Below, piece after piece: positions 1 through 11,232 of a stretch of DNA of 64,000 nt (within the stretch, counting starts at the first letter, position 1; each line of letters starts with the position of its first letter). A model generated the notes under the pieces. The model saw only the letters and a list, made by a program, of their open reading frames with translations. It made no database searches and had not been told where the DNA came from. Position numbers and translations under genes: made by a program. Source of the DNA: Escherichia coli (GTDB lineage Bacteria > Pseudomonadota > Gammaproteobacteria > Enterobacterales > Enterobacteriaceae). Where the stretch lies: the NCBI RefSeq assembly GCF_046105845.1, contig NZ_CP151004.1. One strand, written 5' to 3'.

Positions 1-504
1 CAGTGCGCCGATGGATTCTGAAAGTACCCATATCAAAAATGCCCTGAGAGGATCGTCTCCGGGCGTCAGCAGGACAACCAGAACACCCCCCAACAGAGGC
101 GGAACAATGGCGCTGCCGAGTGCCAGACGCAGCCAGTCAGCCAGATTTTGCAATGGGTTATACCACGGCAGCAATTTACGCAGTAGCACTGCCCCGACCA
201 CGGCTTCAACAATATTGATGGTCGTCCAGGTCATGTTCAGCGAGCTGGTGGAAAAAAGCAGGATGGATGCGGCGATATTTCCCAGCGAGCAGCTCAGCGC
301 AATCCCCGGCCACATGCGCCCGGCATGGCGATAAAACGCCACCATCATGATGGACGTCGGGAACCACAATGGGGCGAGTTGGGTGCCAAACTGCGAAAGC
401 TCAAGCGAGAAAAGGGTAAAGATAAACGAGACTAAACCTAAACTGACCAGGTGAAGCAGCGGGTGGGGCAGGGCAATTAATACATGCTGTGATTGTTTGC
501 TCAT
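1..504 (-). CDS. dgcE: Diguanylate cyclase DgcE (YegE), N-terminal MASE1 membrane domain; 5' partial gene running off the window
   Basis: Manual reverse-complement translation gives an uninterrupted 168-codon frame from ATG at 504 (MSKQSQHVLIALPHPLL...) to position 1, hydrophobic and TM-rich; position divergent from udk matches E. coli synteny. Absent from the ORF track because it has no in-window stop. Confidence 0.7.
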   Translation of the reverse strand, partial: MSKQSQHVLIALPHPLLHLVSLGLVSFIFTLFSLELSQFGTQLAPLWFPTSIMMVAFYRHAGRMWPGIALSCSLGNIAASILLFSTSSLNMTWTTINIVEAVVGAVLLRKLLPWYNPLQNLADWLRLALGSAIVPPLLGGVLVVLLTPGDDPLRAFLIWVLSESIGAL

Positions 505-821
505 TACCGCTTTATCCGCAAGACCAGGTCGCCAGTATTCGTTTCTGTGTTTATGCTAGTACAAAAGTTTTACATTTTATATGCGAATTGCTCATAAAGT
601 GACGTAAAGGCGGATAATTTGCGCAACTTCGTATAACAATTTTTACCTTGCATTAAAACTGAACAACGTAATTTGCCACCGGGAATTATTCGTCAACAAT
701 TACTCTGAGCGCGCGGCAACGCTATTCGACTGGTATCAGGCGGATGAAATCCCTATAATTGCCGCGTTTGGCGCTTCGTCGCCCCCTTCCTAACATCCAG
801 GTTAATCAGGTCGCTAAATAT

Positions 822-1463
822 ATGACTGATCAGTCTCATCAGTGCGTCATTATCGGTATCGCTGGCGCATCGGCTTCCGGCAAGAGTCTTATTGCCAGTA
901 CCCTTTATCGTGAATTACGTGAGCAAGTCGGTGATGAACACATCGGCGTAATTCCCGAAGACTGCTATTACAAAGATCAAAGCCATCTGTCGATGGAAGA
1001 ACGCGTTAAGACCAACTACGACCATCCCAGCGCGATGGATCACAGCCTGCTGCTTGAGCATTTACAAGCATTGAAACGCGGCTCGGCCATTGACCTGCCG
1101 GTTTACAGCTATGTTGAACATACGCGTATGAAAGAAACGGTGACGGTTGAGCCGAAGAAAGTCATCATTCTCGAAGGCATTTTGCTGCTAACGGATGCGC
1201 GTTTGCGTGATGAACTTAACTTCTCAATTTTCGTTGATACCCCGCTGGATATCTGCCTGATGCGCCGCATCAAGCGTGACGTTAACGAGCGTGGGCGTTC
1301 AATGGATTCAGTGATGGCGCAATATCAAAAAACCGTGCGCCCGATGTTCCTGCAATTCATTGAGCCTTCTAAACAATATGCGGACATTATCGTGCCGCGC
1401 GGCGGGAAAAACCGCATCGCGATCGATATATTGAAAGCGAAAATAAGTCAGTTCTTTGAATAA
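822..1463 (+). CDS. udk: Uridine/cytidine kinase
   Basis: Translation [22 protein letters not shown] contains a P-loop and matches Udk (213 aa); the track ORF starts 21 codons upstream of the likely ATG. Confidence 0.93.
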
Positions 1464-1554
1464 GCTTGATAAATTGTGTACCGTTCAGTGATAACCTGGT
1501 ATGCCCTTGACGTAATTGGCGTTAAGGGAGTGATGCACGAAAGGAGAAAATGCC

Positions 1555-2136
1555 ATGCGTCTGTGTGACCGAGATATTGAAGCCTGGCTTGATGAAGGCC
1601 GTTTGTCGATCAACCCACGTCCGCCAGTGGAGCGTATTAATGGCGCGACGGTGGATGTACGCCTGGGCAATAAATTTCGTACCTTCCGTGGTCACACGGC
1701 AGCGTTTATCGATCTGAGCGGTCCCAAAGATGAAGTGAGCGCCGCGCTTGACCGCGTGATGAGCGATGAGATCGTACTCGATGAAAGCGAGGCGTTTTAT
1801 CTTCACCCAGGAGAGCTGGCGCTGGCGGTGACGCTGGAGTCGGTGACGCTGCCAGCCGATCTGGTGGGATGGCTGGACGGTCGTTCCTCACTGGCGCGTC
1901 TGGGGCTTATGGTGCACGTCACCGCGCACCGTATCGATCCGGGCTGGTCTGGCTGCATTGTGCTGGAGTTCTACAACTCCGGTAAGTTGCCGCTGGCGCT
2001 GCGTCCGGGCATGTTAATTGGTGCGCTGAGCTTTGAGCCGCTTTCCGGCCCGGCGGCGCGACCTTACAACCGCCGTGAAGATGCGAAATATCGCAACCAG
2101 CAGGGCGCGGTAGCCAGCCGAATCGATAAAGACTAA
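1555..2136 (+). CDS. dcd: dCTP deaminase
   Basis: 193 aa, [17 protein letters not shown]..., same length as Dcd; follows udk as in E. coli. Confidence 0.93.
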   Translation: MRLCDRDIEAWLDEGRLSINPRPPVERINGATVDVRLGNKFRTFRGHTAAFIDLSGPKDEVSAALDRVMSDEIVLDESEAFYLHPGELALAVTLESVTLPADLVGWLDGRSSLARLGLMVHVTAHRIDPGWSGCIVLEFYNSGKLPLALRPGMLIGALSFEPLSGPAARPYNRREDAKYRNQQGAVASRIDKD

Positions 2137-2157
2137 TTCAGGCCCATTGAGGATACC

Positions 2158-4011
2158 ATGAGACGATTTCTGACGACGCTGATGATACTCCTGGTCGTGC
2201 TGGTGGCCGGGTTATCTGCGTTAGTGTTGCTGGTGAATCCGAATGATTTCCGCGACTATATGGTCAAGCAAGTTGCTGCACGTAGCGGTTATCAATTGCA
2301 GCTCGACGGGCCACTGCGTTGGCACGTCTGGCCGCAGCTTAGTATCCTCTCCGGGCGAATGTCTCTCACCGCCCAGGGCGCGAGCCAGCCACTGGTTCGC
2401 GCCGACAACATGCGTCTGGACGTGGCGCTTTTACCACTACTGAGTCATCAACTGAGCGTTAAGCAGGTGATGCTAAAAGGGGCAGTGATCCAACTGACGC
2501 CGCAGACGGAAGCGGTGCGCAGTGAAGACGCTCCGGTTGCACCGCGCGACAATACCTTGCCGGATCTGTCAGACGATCGCGGATGGTCGTTTGATATATC
2601 CAGTCTTAAGGTGGCGGACAGCGTGCTGGTGTTCCAGCATGAAGATGACGAGCAGGTGACAATCCGCAATATCCGTCTGCAAATGGAACAAGATCCCCAA
2701 CATCGTGGCTCATTTGAGTTCTCCGGGCGGGTTAATCGCGATCAGCGCGATCTCACGATATCCCTTAACGGTACGGTAGATGCTTCTGATTATCCGCATG
2801 ATTTAACGGCGGCTATTGAACAAATTAACTGGCAGTTGCAGGGTGCAGATTTACCAAAACAAGGTATTCAGGGGCAGGGGAGTTTCCAGGCCCAGTGGCA
2901 GGAGTCACATAAACGCCTTTCATTTAACCAAATTAGTTTGACCGCCAATGACAGTACGCTGAGCGGGCAAGCACAGGTCACGCTGACAGAGCAACCGGAA
3001 TGGCAGCTGAGACTGCAATTTCCGCAACTGAATCTTGACAACCTCATCCCGCTTAATGAAACAGCGAACGGTGAAAACGGTGCCGCGCAGCAGGGGCAGA
3101 GCCAATCAACGTTGCCGCGCCCGGTCATTTCTTCGCGTATTGATGAACCGGCCTATCAGGGACTGCAAGGCTTTACGGCTGATATTTTGTTGCAGGCCAG
3201 TAACGTGCGCTGGCGCGGAATGAATTTTACAGATGTTGCCACGCAAATGACCAACAAGTCGGGTTTGCTGGAAATTACTCAACTGCAGGGCAAACTTAAC
3301 GGTGGACAGGTTTCACTGCCGGGCACGCTGGACGCGACATCAATAAATCCGCGGATAAACTTCCAGCCACGGCTGGAAAACGTTGAGATTGGTACCATTC
3401 TGAAGGCGTTTAACTATCCGATTTCGTTGACCGGAAAGATGTCACTGGCTGGTGATTTCTCCGGTGCTGACATAGATGCCGACGCATTCCGCCATAACTG
3501 GCAAGGACAGGCACATGTCGAAATGACCGACACGCGCATGGAAGGGATGAACTTCCAGCAGATGATTCAGCAAGCGGTAGAACGTAATGGTGGTGATGTG
3601 AAGGCCGCTGAAAACTTCGATAACGTAACGCGTCTTGACCGCTTTACCACCGATTTGACGTTGAAGGATGGCGTCGTGACGTTAAACGACATGCAAGGTC
3701 AATCGCCCATGCTGGCGCTTTCCGGGGCTGGTACGTTGAATCTGGCGGAGCAAACCTGTGACACCCAGTTTGATATTCGGGTCGTGGGGGGCTGGAACGG
3801 GGAAAGCAAACTGATTGATTTCCTCAAAGAAACGCCAGTACCGCTGCGGGTTTATGGCAACTGGCAGCAACTCAATTACAGTCTGCAAGTGGATCAGTTA
3901 CTGCGCAAACATCTACAGGACGAAGCGAAACGTCGCCTGAATGACTGGGCCGAGCGGAATAAAGATTCCCGCAATGGCAAAGATGTGAAGAAGTTGCTGG
4001 AGAAGATGTAG
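2158..4011 (+). CDS. asmA: Outer membrane assembly protein AsmA
   Basis: 617 aa with N-terminal signal/TM anchor; length and position after dcd match AsmA. Confidence 0.9.
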   Translation: MRRFLTTLMILLVVLVAGLSALVLLVNPNDFRDYMVKQVAARSGYQLQLDGPLRWHVWPQLSILSGRMSLTAQGASQPLVRADNMRLDVALLPLLSHQLSVKQVMLKGAVIQLTPQTEAVRSEDAPVAPRDNTLPDLSDDRGWSFDISSLKVADSVLVFQHEDDEQVTIRNIRLQMEQDPQHRGSFEFSGRVNRDQRDLTISLNGTVDASDYPHDLTAAIEQINWQLQGADLPKQGIQGQGSFQAQWQESHKRLSFNQISLTANDSTLSGQAQVTLTEQPEWQLRLQFPQLNLDNLIPLNETANGENGAAQQGQSQSTLPRPVISSRIDEPAYQGLQGFTADILLQASNVRWRGMNFTDVATQMTNKSGLLEITQLQGKLNGGQVSLPGTLDATSINPRINFQPRLENVEIGTILKAFNYPISLTGKMSLAGDFSGADIDADAFRHNWQGQAHVEMTDTRMEGMNFQQMIQQAVERNGGDVKAAENFDNVTRLDRFTTDLTLKDGVVTLNDMQGQSPMLALSGAGTLNLAEQTCDTQFDIRVVGGWNGESKLIDFLKETPVPLRVYGNWQQLNYSLQVDQLLRKHLQDEAKRRLNDWAERNKDSRNGKDVKKLLEKM

Positions 4012-4031
4012 GTTACCAGGTGACCTGTCCT

Positions 4032-4068
4032 GTAGGCCTGATAAGACGCGTAAAGCGTCGCATCAGGC
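4032..4068. repeat. REP (repetitive extragenic palindromic) element
   Basis: GTAGGCCTGATAAGACGCG...CGTCGCATCAGGC imperfect palindrome typical of enterobacterial REP, just after the asmA stop. Confidence 0.7.
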
Positions 4069-4303
4069 GTTCGTGGCGGCACCATTATATTCTGAATATG
4101 TAAGATCGAAGGCTGTTCCGTTCACTTGATGTTCCTCGCTACTATGGAACGCTCAAGCCGGTGAACGTGCCAGGGTGGCTCAATCTCCACCACCCTGGCA
4201 ACCCGGACCCACACCCCCGCTGTGATGTCCGTTTACCACAGACAATGCTTCATTGCTGAAGTTGTAAGGCGTTACGCAGCATTGGGTAAAATGGCCGATA
4301 CCA

Positions 4304-5887
4304 TCACACCTCGTACTCTATCTCGCTATCCTTACGCAGCGGTATAATCTGCACCTTCTGCACGCGATGGCTTTCCACCTGCAACGTTTTAAGCAAATAA
4401 TCCCCCACCTGAACTTCTTCGCCAGGTTTTGGAATACGCTGCAAATATTCCATCAGCAGCCCGGCAATGGTGTGATATTCGCGTTTCTCATCCAGCGGTA
4501 GCGGCACATATTGCACCAGATCTTCCAGTGGCATATGACCATTCGCCGTCCAGGAACCGTCGGCGTTTTTCTGAATATCATGGCGGGCGTCGATCTCTTC
4601 CACTTCGTTCGGCAAGTTACCGGCAATAGTTTCCGTGACGTCACTTAATGTCACAATCCCTTCCACCGAGCCAAACTCATCCACTACAAAAGCAAAGTGC
4701 GTGCGGGCATTACGGAACTGCTCCAGGGCAGGTAACAACGGCAAGGTTTCCGGGAACACCAGCGGCTGGCGAATCAACACCCGCAGGTTGAGCGGTTCGC
4801 CGCGCAGTGACTGTTGTAACAGGTCGATAACGTGAACAACACCGAGCAAATCTTCTGCGTCATCACCGTCGGTAACCACCAGCCGCGTATGCTGATTTCG
4901 CTCCAGCAACTGGCGGATTTCTTCTTCCGGCGCGTTGAGATCGATATGCTCAATATCGTGGCGCGACGTCATAATGCTGCTGACGGTACGCTGATTAAGA
5001 TTAAGTACCCGCTCAATCATCCGCCGTTCCTGCGGATTAAAGATCTGCTGGTTACCATGATCCACCAGCATGGACGCGGTTTCGGCGTCCAGTTCCGCAT
5101 CTTCTTTTTGCCCGCTAAGCAGGCGCATTACCGCTTCGGTAGTCCGCTGGCGCAGTGTCTGGTTAGCGGAAAGAAAACGTCGACGGTTAAAGATAGCCAA
5201 CTGATTGAGCGCCTCGATCATCACCGAGAAACCAATGGCAGCGTACAGGTAGCCTTTCGGAATGACGAAGCCGAAACCTTCTGCCACCAGGCTAAAGCCA
5301 ATCATCAACAGGAAGCTTAAGCAGAGAATAACGATGGTCGGGTGACTGTTAACAAATTGCGTTAACGGCTTGCTGGCCATCAACATCAGGCTGATAGCGA
5401 TAACCACGGCGGCCATCATGACCAGTAAATGGTCGACCATCCCGACGGCGGTAATCACTGAGTCGAGTGAGAAGATGGCGTCCAGTACCACAATTTGTGT
5501 CACCACCCCCCAGAACTTCGCACCTTTGCGTTGCGTGGGGTTATTGCTGTCTTTCCCTTCCAGCCGTTCGTTCAGCTCCATCGTGGCTTTGAACAGCAGG
5601 AAGAAACCACCAAACAGCATGATTAAGTCGCGGGCGCTAAAGGTAAACGAGCGAAAGCTGAATAGCGGTTGTGTCAGGGTGACCAGCCAGGAGATTGACG
5701 CCAGCAGTAACAGGCGCATTAACATCGCCAGCAGCAGCCCGGTAACCCGTGCGCGGTCGCGCTGCTTCGGCGGTAGTTTTTCGGCGAGGATGGCAATAAA
5801 GACCAGGTTATCAATGCCGAGGACCAGTTCGATCACAATCAGCGTGATTAACCCGGCCCAGATAGACGGATCGGCAATCCATTCCAT
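4304..5887 (-). CDS. yegH: TerC/CBS/CorC-domain inner membrane protein YegH
   Basis: Translation from [32 protein letters not shown] (TerC-like membrane domain) with C-terminal CBS/CorC region; the track ORF is extended 22 codons upstream. Confidence 0.88.
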   Translation of the reverse strand: MEWIADPSIWAGLITLIVIELVLGIDNLVFIAILAEKLPPKQRDRARVTGLLLAMLMRLLLLASISWLVTLTQPLFSFRSFTFSARDLIMLFGGFFLLFKATMELNERLEGKDSNNPTQRKGAKFWGVVTQIVVLDAIFSLDSVITAVGMVDHLLVMMAAVVIAISLMLMASKPLTQFVNSHPTIVILCLSFLLMIGFSLVAEGFGFVIPKGYLYAAIGFSVMIEALNQLAIFNRRRFLSANQTLRQRTTEAVMRLLSGQKEDAELDAETASMLVDHGNQQIFNPQERRMIERVLNLNQRTVSSIMTSRHDIEHIDLNAPEEEIRQLLERNQHTRLVVTDGDDAEDLLGVVHVIDLLQQSLRGEPLNLRVLIRQPLVFPETLPLLPALEQFRNARTHFAFVVDEFGSVEGIVTLSDVTETIAGNLPNEVEEIDARHDIQKNADGSWTANGHMPLEDLVQYVPLPLDEKREYHTIAGLLMEYLQRIPKPGEEVQVGDYLLKTLQVESHRVQKVQIIPLRKDSEIEYEV

Positions 5888-6328
5888 AGTAAGTACAAAA
5901 CCTATTCGTTGTATGACAAATGTCACAATTCGATCATGGATAAATCGGGGCAAAAATGCAATGTTGCAGCACTATTTATCTCATATTATTTGAGGTTTAT
6001 AACCTCACATTATCCCTGAATTAAAAGTGGTAATAATAAAACATTATTTAAGAAATATCGCATGTGGAGACACTATATTAAATATTGTCAACCTAAAGAA
6101 ACTCCTAAAAACCATATTGAATGACACTTAATATAATTCTTAAAAATAGCCAATTGCCGAATTGTTACCTTGCCTGCTATTCCGTTAGCTGTAACACTTC
6201 CTCCTGCATTATTGGAGAGCCAATATTCAATTACCATAATGTCACCTTATATTCGGAAGTTAATTTCCGCAATAACCCTTTCTCATCAACGACTGCATGC
6301 TGAGAGGGTGTAAAAACTAAACTAAATC

Positions 6329-6366
6329 AGTGTATTGGTAGCTAAAAAGCCAGGGGCGGTAGCGTG
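6329..6366 (+). promoter_or_regulatory. JUMPstart element with ops (GGCGGTAGCGTG) upstream of the colanic acid operon
   Basis: CAGTGTATTGGTAGC...GGCGGTAGCGTG; exact ops 12-mer at 6355-6366 in the leader about 180 bp upstream of wza. Confidence 0.85.
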
Positions 6367-6544
6367 TCTGGATGCCTGAAAGACCAGTCTGAATTATTCT
6401 GTCAATAGCCTGCGGATGAAATCAATTTTTTTAGGACTGATGCCAGTTAAATTTTTATTCAATTAACTGCAAGGTAAATGTGCATGGCGACATTGCTATT
6501 AATAGTGCACAGGATAATTACTCTGCCAAAGTGATAAATAAACA

Positions 6545-7684
6545 ATGATGAAATCCAAAATGAAATTGATGCCATTATTGGTGTCAGTAACCTTGATAAG
6601 CGGTTGCACAGTACTTCCGGGCAGCAATATGTCGACGATGGGTAAAGACGTCATCAAACAGCAGGACGCTGATTTCGATCTCGACAAAATGGTGAATGTT
6701 TATCCGTTGACCCCGCGCCTGATTGATCAATTACGACCACGCCCGAATGTAGCGCGCCCCAATATGACGCTGGAAAGTGAGATCGCGAATTATCAGTATC
6801 GCGTCGGGCCGGGGGACGTTCTTAATGTCACCGTCTGGGATCACCCGGAACTCACCACGCCAGCCGGTCAGTACCGCAGCTCCAGCGACGCCGGCAACTG
6901 GGTACAGCCTGACGGCACTATGTTTTACCCGTATATCGGCAAGGTTCACGTCGTGGGGAAAACGCTCGCTGAAATCCGCAGTGATATTACCGGGCGCTTA
7001 GCGACGTACATCGCTGACCCGCAGGTGGACGTTAATATCGCCGCCTTCCGCTCGCAAAAAGCCTATATCTCCGGTCAGGTGAATAAATCCGGTCAACAGG
7101 CCATCACCAACGTGCCACTGACCATTCTTGATGCCATCAACGCCGCAGGTGGCCTGACCGACACCGCTGACTGGCGCAACGTAGTGCTAACACACAATGG
7201 TCGTGAAGAGCGCATTTCTTTGCAGGCGCTGATGCAAAACGGCGACCTCAATCAGAACCGACTGCTTTACCCCGGCGATATTCTCTACGTGCCGCGTAAT
7301 GATGATCTGAAAGTGTTTGTGATGGGTGAAGTGAAGAAACAGAGCACCCTGAAAATGGACTTTAGCGGCATGACCCTGACTGAAGCCCTTGGTAATGCTG
7401 AAGGCATCGACATGACCACCTCCAACGCCAGCGGCATCTTTGTCATTCGTCCGCTGAAAGGCGAGGGTGGGCGTAACGGCAAGATTGCCAATATCTACCA
7501 GCTGGATATGTCCGATGCCACGTCGCTGGTGATGGCGACAGAATTCCGCCTGCAACCTTATGACGTGGTGTATGTCACCACCGCCCCGGTTTCCCGCTGG
7601 AATCGTCTGATCAATCAGTTGCTGCCAACTATTAGCGGTGTCCGTTACATGACGGATACAGCCAGCGACATTCATAACTGGTAA
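6545..7684 (+). CDS. wza: Outer membrane polysaccharide export lipoprotein Wza
   Basis: 379 aa with lipoprotein signal (..[10 protein letters not shown]); first gene of the colanic acid cluster. Confidence 0.95.
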   Translation: MMKSKMKLMPLLVSVTLISGCTVLPGSNMSTMGKDVIKQQDADFDLDKMVNVYPLTPRLIDQLRPRPNVARPNMTLESEIANYQYRVGPGDVLNVTVWDHPELTTPAGQYRSSSDAGNWVQPDGTMFYPYIGKVHVVGKTLAEIRSDITGRLATYIADPQVDVNIAAFRSQKAYISGQVNKSGQQAITNVPLTILDAINAAGGLTDTADWRNVVLTHNGREERISLQALMQNGDLNQNRLLYPGDILYVPRNDDLKVFVMGEVKKQSTLKMDFSGMTLTEALGNAEGIDMTTSNASGIFVIRPLKGEGGRNGKIANIYQLDMSDATSLVMATEFRLQPYDVVYVTTAPVSRWNRLINQLLPTISGVRYMTDTASDIHNW

Positions 7685-7689
7685 TCGTC

Positions 7690-8133
7690 ATGTTTAACAA
7701 CATCTTAGTTGTCTGTGTCGGCAATATTTGCCGTTCCCCGACGGCGGAACGCTTACTGCAACGTTATCACCCGGAGCTGAAAGTGGAGTCCGCTGGACTC
7801 GGCGCGCTGGTCGGTAAGGGCGCTGACCCTACTGCTATCAGCGTCGCCGCAGAACATCAACTGTCTCTGGAAGGTCACTGTGCACGGCAAATCAGCCGTC
7901 GCCTGTGTCGCAACTACGACCTGATTTTGACCATGGAAAAGCGCCATATCGAACGCTTATGCGAGATGGCACCCGAGATGCGCGGCAAAGTGATGCTGTT
8001 TGGTCACTGGGATAACGAATGTGAAATCCCCGATCCGTATCGCAAAAGCCGGGAAACGTTTGCAGCGGTGTACACATTACTTGAACGGTCTGCCCGCCAG
8101 TGGGCGCAGGCATTGAACGCAGAGCAGGTATAA
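7690..8133 (+). CDS. wzb: Low-molecular-weight protein-tyrosine phosphatase Wzb
   Basis: 147 aa with CVGNICRSP active-site motif (C-X5-R). Confidence 0.95.
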   Translation: MFNNILVVCVGNICRSPTAERLLQRYHPELKVESAGLGALVGKGADPTAISVAAEHQLSLEGHCARQISRRLCRNYDLILTMEKRHIERLCEMAPEMRGKVMLFGHWDNECEIPDPYRKSRETFAAVYTLLERSARQWAQALNAEQV

Positions 8134-8135
8134 GA

Positions 8136-10298
8136 ATGACAGAAAAAGTAAAACAACATGCCGCTCCGGTAACGGGCAGTGATGAAATCGATATTGGTCG
8201 CCTGGTCGGCACCGTCATTGAAGCGCGCTGGTGGGTGATTGGCATCACCGCCGTATTTGCCCTCTGTGCCGTGGTTTACACCTTCTTCGCCACGCCGATT
8301 TATAGTGCCGACGCACTGGTACAAATCGAGCAAAACAGCGGCAATTCGTTAGTGCAGGACATTGGTTCGGCATTAGCCAACAAACCGCCAGCATCGGACG
8401 CCGAGATCCAGTTGATTCGTTCGCGTCTGGTGCTTGGTAAAACGGTGGACGATCTCGACCTCGATATTGCGGTGAGCAAAAACACGTTCCCGATTTTCGG
8501 TGCGGGCTGGGATCGCCTGATGGGACGTCAGAACGAGACGGTGAAAGTGACCACCTTTAACCGCCCGAAAGAGATGGTGGATCAGGTGTTTACGCTTAAT
8601 GTGCTTGATGACAAAAACTACACCCTGAGCACTGATGGCGGCTTTAGCGCCCGTGGGCAAGCGGGCCAGATGCTGAAAAAAGAAGGCGTCACGCTGATGG
8701 TTGAAGCCATTCACGCCAGCCCGGGGAGTGAGTTTACCGTCACCAAATACTCCACGCTGGGGATGATCAACCAACTGCAAAACAGCCTGACGGTAACGGA
8801 GAACGGCAAAGACGCAGGCGTACTGAGCCTGACTTATACCGGTGAAGATCGTGAACAGATCCGCGACATTCTTAACAGCATCGCTCGTAACTATCAGGAA
8901 CAAAATATTGAGCGCAAATCGGCGGAAGCGTCGAAAAGCCTCGCTTTCCTCGCGCAACAGTTACCGGAAGTACGTAGCCGCCTTGATGTTGCCGAAAACA
9001 AACTGAATGCCTTCCGTCAGGATAAAGATTCTGTTGATCTGCCGCTGGAAGCGAAAGCGGTGCTCGATTCGATGGTGAACATCGACGCGCAGTTGAACGA
9101 ACTGACCTTTAAAGAAGCGGAAATCTCCAAGCTATACACCAAAGTTCACCCGGCGTATCGCACGCTGCTGGAGAAACGGCAGGCGCTGGAAGACGAAAAA
9201 GCCAAACTTAATGGTCGCGTAACGGCGATGCCGAAAACCCAGCAGGAAATTGTCCGTCTGACCCGCGATGTCGAGTCTGGGCAGCAGGTCTATATGCAAC
9301 TGCTGAATAAAGAACAGGAGCTGAAAATCACCGAAGCCAGCACCGTCGGCGATGTGCGCATTGTTGACCCGGCAATCACCCAGCCTGGTGTGCTGAAACC
9401 GAAGAAAGGGCTGATTATCCTCGGGGCGATTATCCTCGGCCTGATGCTCTCTATCGTGGGTGTGCTGCTGCGCTCTTTGTTCAATCGCGGCATTGAAAGC
9501 CCGCAGGTGCTGGAGGAACATGGCATCAGCGTCTATGCCAGCATCCCGCTGTCGGAGTGGCAGAAAGCGCGCGATAGCGTCAAAACCATCAAAGGGGTTA
9601 AACGCTATAAACAGAGCCAGCTACTGGCGGTGGGGAATCCAACCGATCTGGCGATTGAAGCCATCCGTAGTCTGCGTACCAGTCTGCACTTCGCGATGAT
9701 GCAGGCACAGAACAATGTGTTGATGATGACCGGGGTTAGCCCGTCAATCGGTAAAACCTTTGTCTGCGCCAACCTGGCGGCGGTGATCAGCCAGACCAAT
9801 AAACGGGTGTTGTTGATCGACTGCGATATGCGCAAAGGCTACACCCACGAGCTGTTGGGCACCAATAACGTCAATGGCCTGTCGGAAATTCTGATTGGTC
9901 AGGGCGATATTACTACCGCTGCTAAACCGACCTCTATTGCCAAATTTGACCTGATCCCGCGCGGTCAGGTACCGCCAAATCCTTCTGAACTGTTGATGAG
10001 CGAACGCTTTGCCGAACTGGTGAACTGGGCGAGTAAAAACTACGACCTGGTGTTGATTGATACGCCGCCGATTCTGGCAGTGACCGATGCGGCAATTGTT
10101 GGTCGTCATGTCGGAACCACGTTAATGGTGGCGCGTTATGCGGTCAACACATTGAAAGAAGTGGAAACCAGTCTGAGCCGCTTTGAGCAAAACGGTATTC
10201 CGGTGAAAGGGGTGATTCTGAACTCCATCTTCCGCCGCGCCAGCGCGTATCAGGATTATGGCTATTACGAATACGAATATAAGTCGGATGCGAAATAA
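8136..10298 (+). CDS. wzc: Tyrosine autokinase / polysaccharide co-polymerase Wzc
   Basis: Starts MTEKVKQHAAPVTG, Walker A (GVSPSIGKT), C-terminal tyrosine-rich tail (YGYYEYEYKSDAK); the track ORF is extended 12 codons. Confidence 0.95.
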   Translation: MTEKVKQHAAPVTGSDEIDIGRLVGTVIEARWWVIGITAVFALCAVVYTFFATPIYSADALVQIEQNSGNSLVQDIGSALANKPPASDAEIQLIRSRLVLGKTVDDLDLDIAVSKNTFPIFGAGWDRLMGRQNETVKVTTFNRPKEMVDQVFTLNVLDDKNYTLSTDGGFSARGQAGQMLKKEGVTLMVEAIHASPGSEFTVTKYSTLGMINQLQNSLTVTENGKDAGVLSLTYTGEDREQIRDILNSIARNYQEQNIERKSAEASKSLAFLAQQLPEVRSRLDVAENKLNAFRQDKDSVDLPLEAKAVLDSMVNIDAQLNELTFKEAEISKLYTKVHPAYRTLLEKRQALEDEKAKLNGRVTAMPKTQQEIVRLTRDVESGQQVYMQLLNKEQELKITEASTVGDVRIVDPAITQPGVLKPKKGLIILGAIILGLMLSIVGVLLRSLFNRGIESPQVLEEHGISVYASIPLSEWQKARDSVKTIKGVKRYKQSQLLAVGNPTDLAIEAIRSLRTSLHFAMMQAQNNVLMMTGVSPSIGKTFVCANLAAVISQTNKRVLLIDCDMRKGYTHELLGTNNVNGLSEILIGQGDITTAAKPTSIAKFDLIPRGQVPPNPSELLMSERFAELVNWASKNYDLVLIDTPPILAVTDAAIVGRHVGTTLMVARYAVNTLKEVETSLSRFEQNGIPVKGVILNSIFRRASAYQDYGYYEYEYKSDAK

Positions 10299-10323
10299 CG
10301 ACGCCTGCATTCGCACCGCCCCG

Positions 10324-10355
10324 TAGGCCGGATAAGGCGTTCACGCCGCATCCGG
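10324..10355. repeat. REP element
   Basis: GTAGGCCGGATAAGGCGTTCACGCCGCATCCGGC palindrome between wzc and wcaA. Confidence 0.75.
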
Positions 10356-10390
10356 CAAGCAAACCAGCTCATAAGTCGGGAGAACAACCT

Positions 10391-11230
10391 ATGAAAGACA
10401 ATCCGCTGATCTCAATCTATATGCCGACCTGGAATCGCCAACAACTGGCGATTCGGGCGATAAAATCGGTCCTGCGCCAGGACTACAGTAACTGGGAGAT
10501 GATCATCGTGGATGATTGCTCCACCTCCTGGGAACAGCTGCAACAGTACGTCAGCGCCCTCAACGATCCGCGTATCACCTACATTCACAACGACATTAAC
10601 AGCGGGGCGTGCGCGGTACGTAACCAGGCGATTATGCTGGCGCAAGGGGAATACATCACCGGGATCGATGATGATGATGAATGGACACCCAACCGCCTGA
10701 GCGTCTTCCTCGCCCATAAACAGCAACTGGTCACACACGCCTTTTTGTACGCTAACGACTACGTTTGCCAGGGCGAAGTCTATTCCCAACCGGCAAGTTT
10801 GCCGCTGTATCCCAAATCGCCGTATTCACGCCGCCTGTTCTACAAACGCAATATCATTGGCAATCAGGTCTTTACCTGGGCGTGGCGTTTCAAAGAGTGT
10901 TTGTTCGATACCGAACTGAAAGCGGCACAGGATTACGACATCTTCCTGCGGATGGTGGTGGAGTACGGCGAACCGTGGAAAGTGGAAGAGGCGACGCAGA
11001 TCCTGCATATCAATCACGGCGAAATGCAGATCACCTCGTCACCGAAAAAATTCTCCGGATACTTCCACTTTTACCGCAAGCACAAAGACAAATTTGACCG
11101 CGCCAGCAAAAAATATCAGCTGTTTACCCTCTACCAGATCCGCAATAAAAGTATGACCTGGCGCACTTTGCTGACGCTGCTGTCGGTGCGTAACGGCAAA
11201 CGTCTGGCTGATGGTATTCGGGGGCGCTAA
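10391..11230 (+). CDS. wcaA: Colanic acid GT2 glycosyltransferase WcaA
   Basis: 279 aa, GT2 signature (IYMPTWNR..., DDCS); position in cluster. Confidence 0.9.
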   Translation: MKDNPLISIYMPTWNRQQLAIRAIKSVLRQDYSNWEMIIVDDCSTSWEQLQQYVSALNDPRITYIHNDINSGACAVRNQAIMLAQGEYITGIDDDDEWTPNRLSVFLAHKQQLVTHAFLYANDYVCQGEVYSQPASLPLYPKSPYSRRLFYKRNIIGNQVFTWAWRFKECLFDTELKAAQDYDIFLRMVVEYGEPWKVEEATQILHINHGEMQITSSPKKFSGYFHFYRKHKDKFDRASKKYQLFTLYQIRNKSMTWRTLLTLLSVRNGKRLADGIRGR

Positions 11231-11232
11231 AG

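Noticed and set aside
11-334. 107-aa plus-strand ORF at the left edge
   Set aside because: It lies antisense to an uninterrupted 168-codon minus-strand frame with a proper ATG at 504 and MASE1-like hydrophobic sequence (dgcE); the plus-strand ORF is a shadow frame rich in Arg/Ser/Thr.
5954-6544. Small ORF 6121-6303 and a possible RcsAB box in the AT-rich wza upstream region
   Set aside because: The 60-aa ORF has no ribosome-binding site and low-complexity sequence. The best RcsAB-like site I could find (TAAGAAATATCGCA near 6047) matches the consensus at only about 9 of 14 positions, too weak to call without a matrix score.
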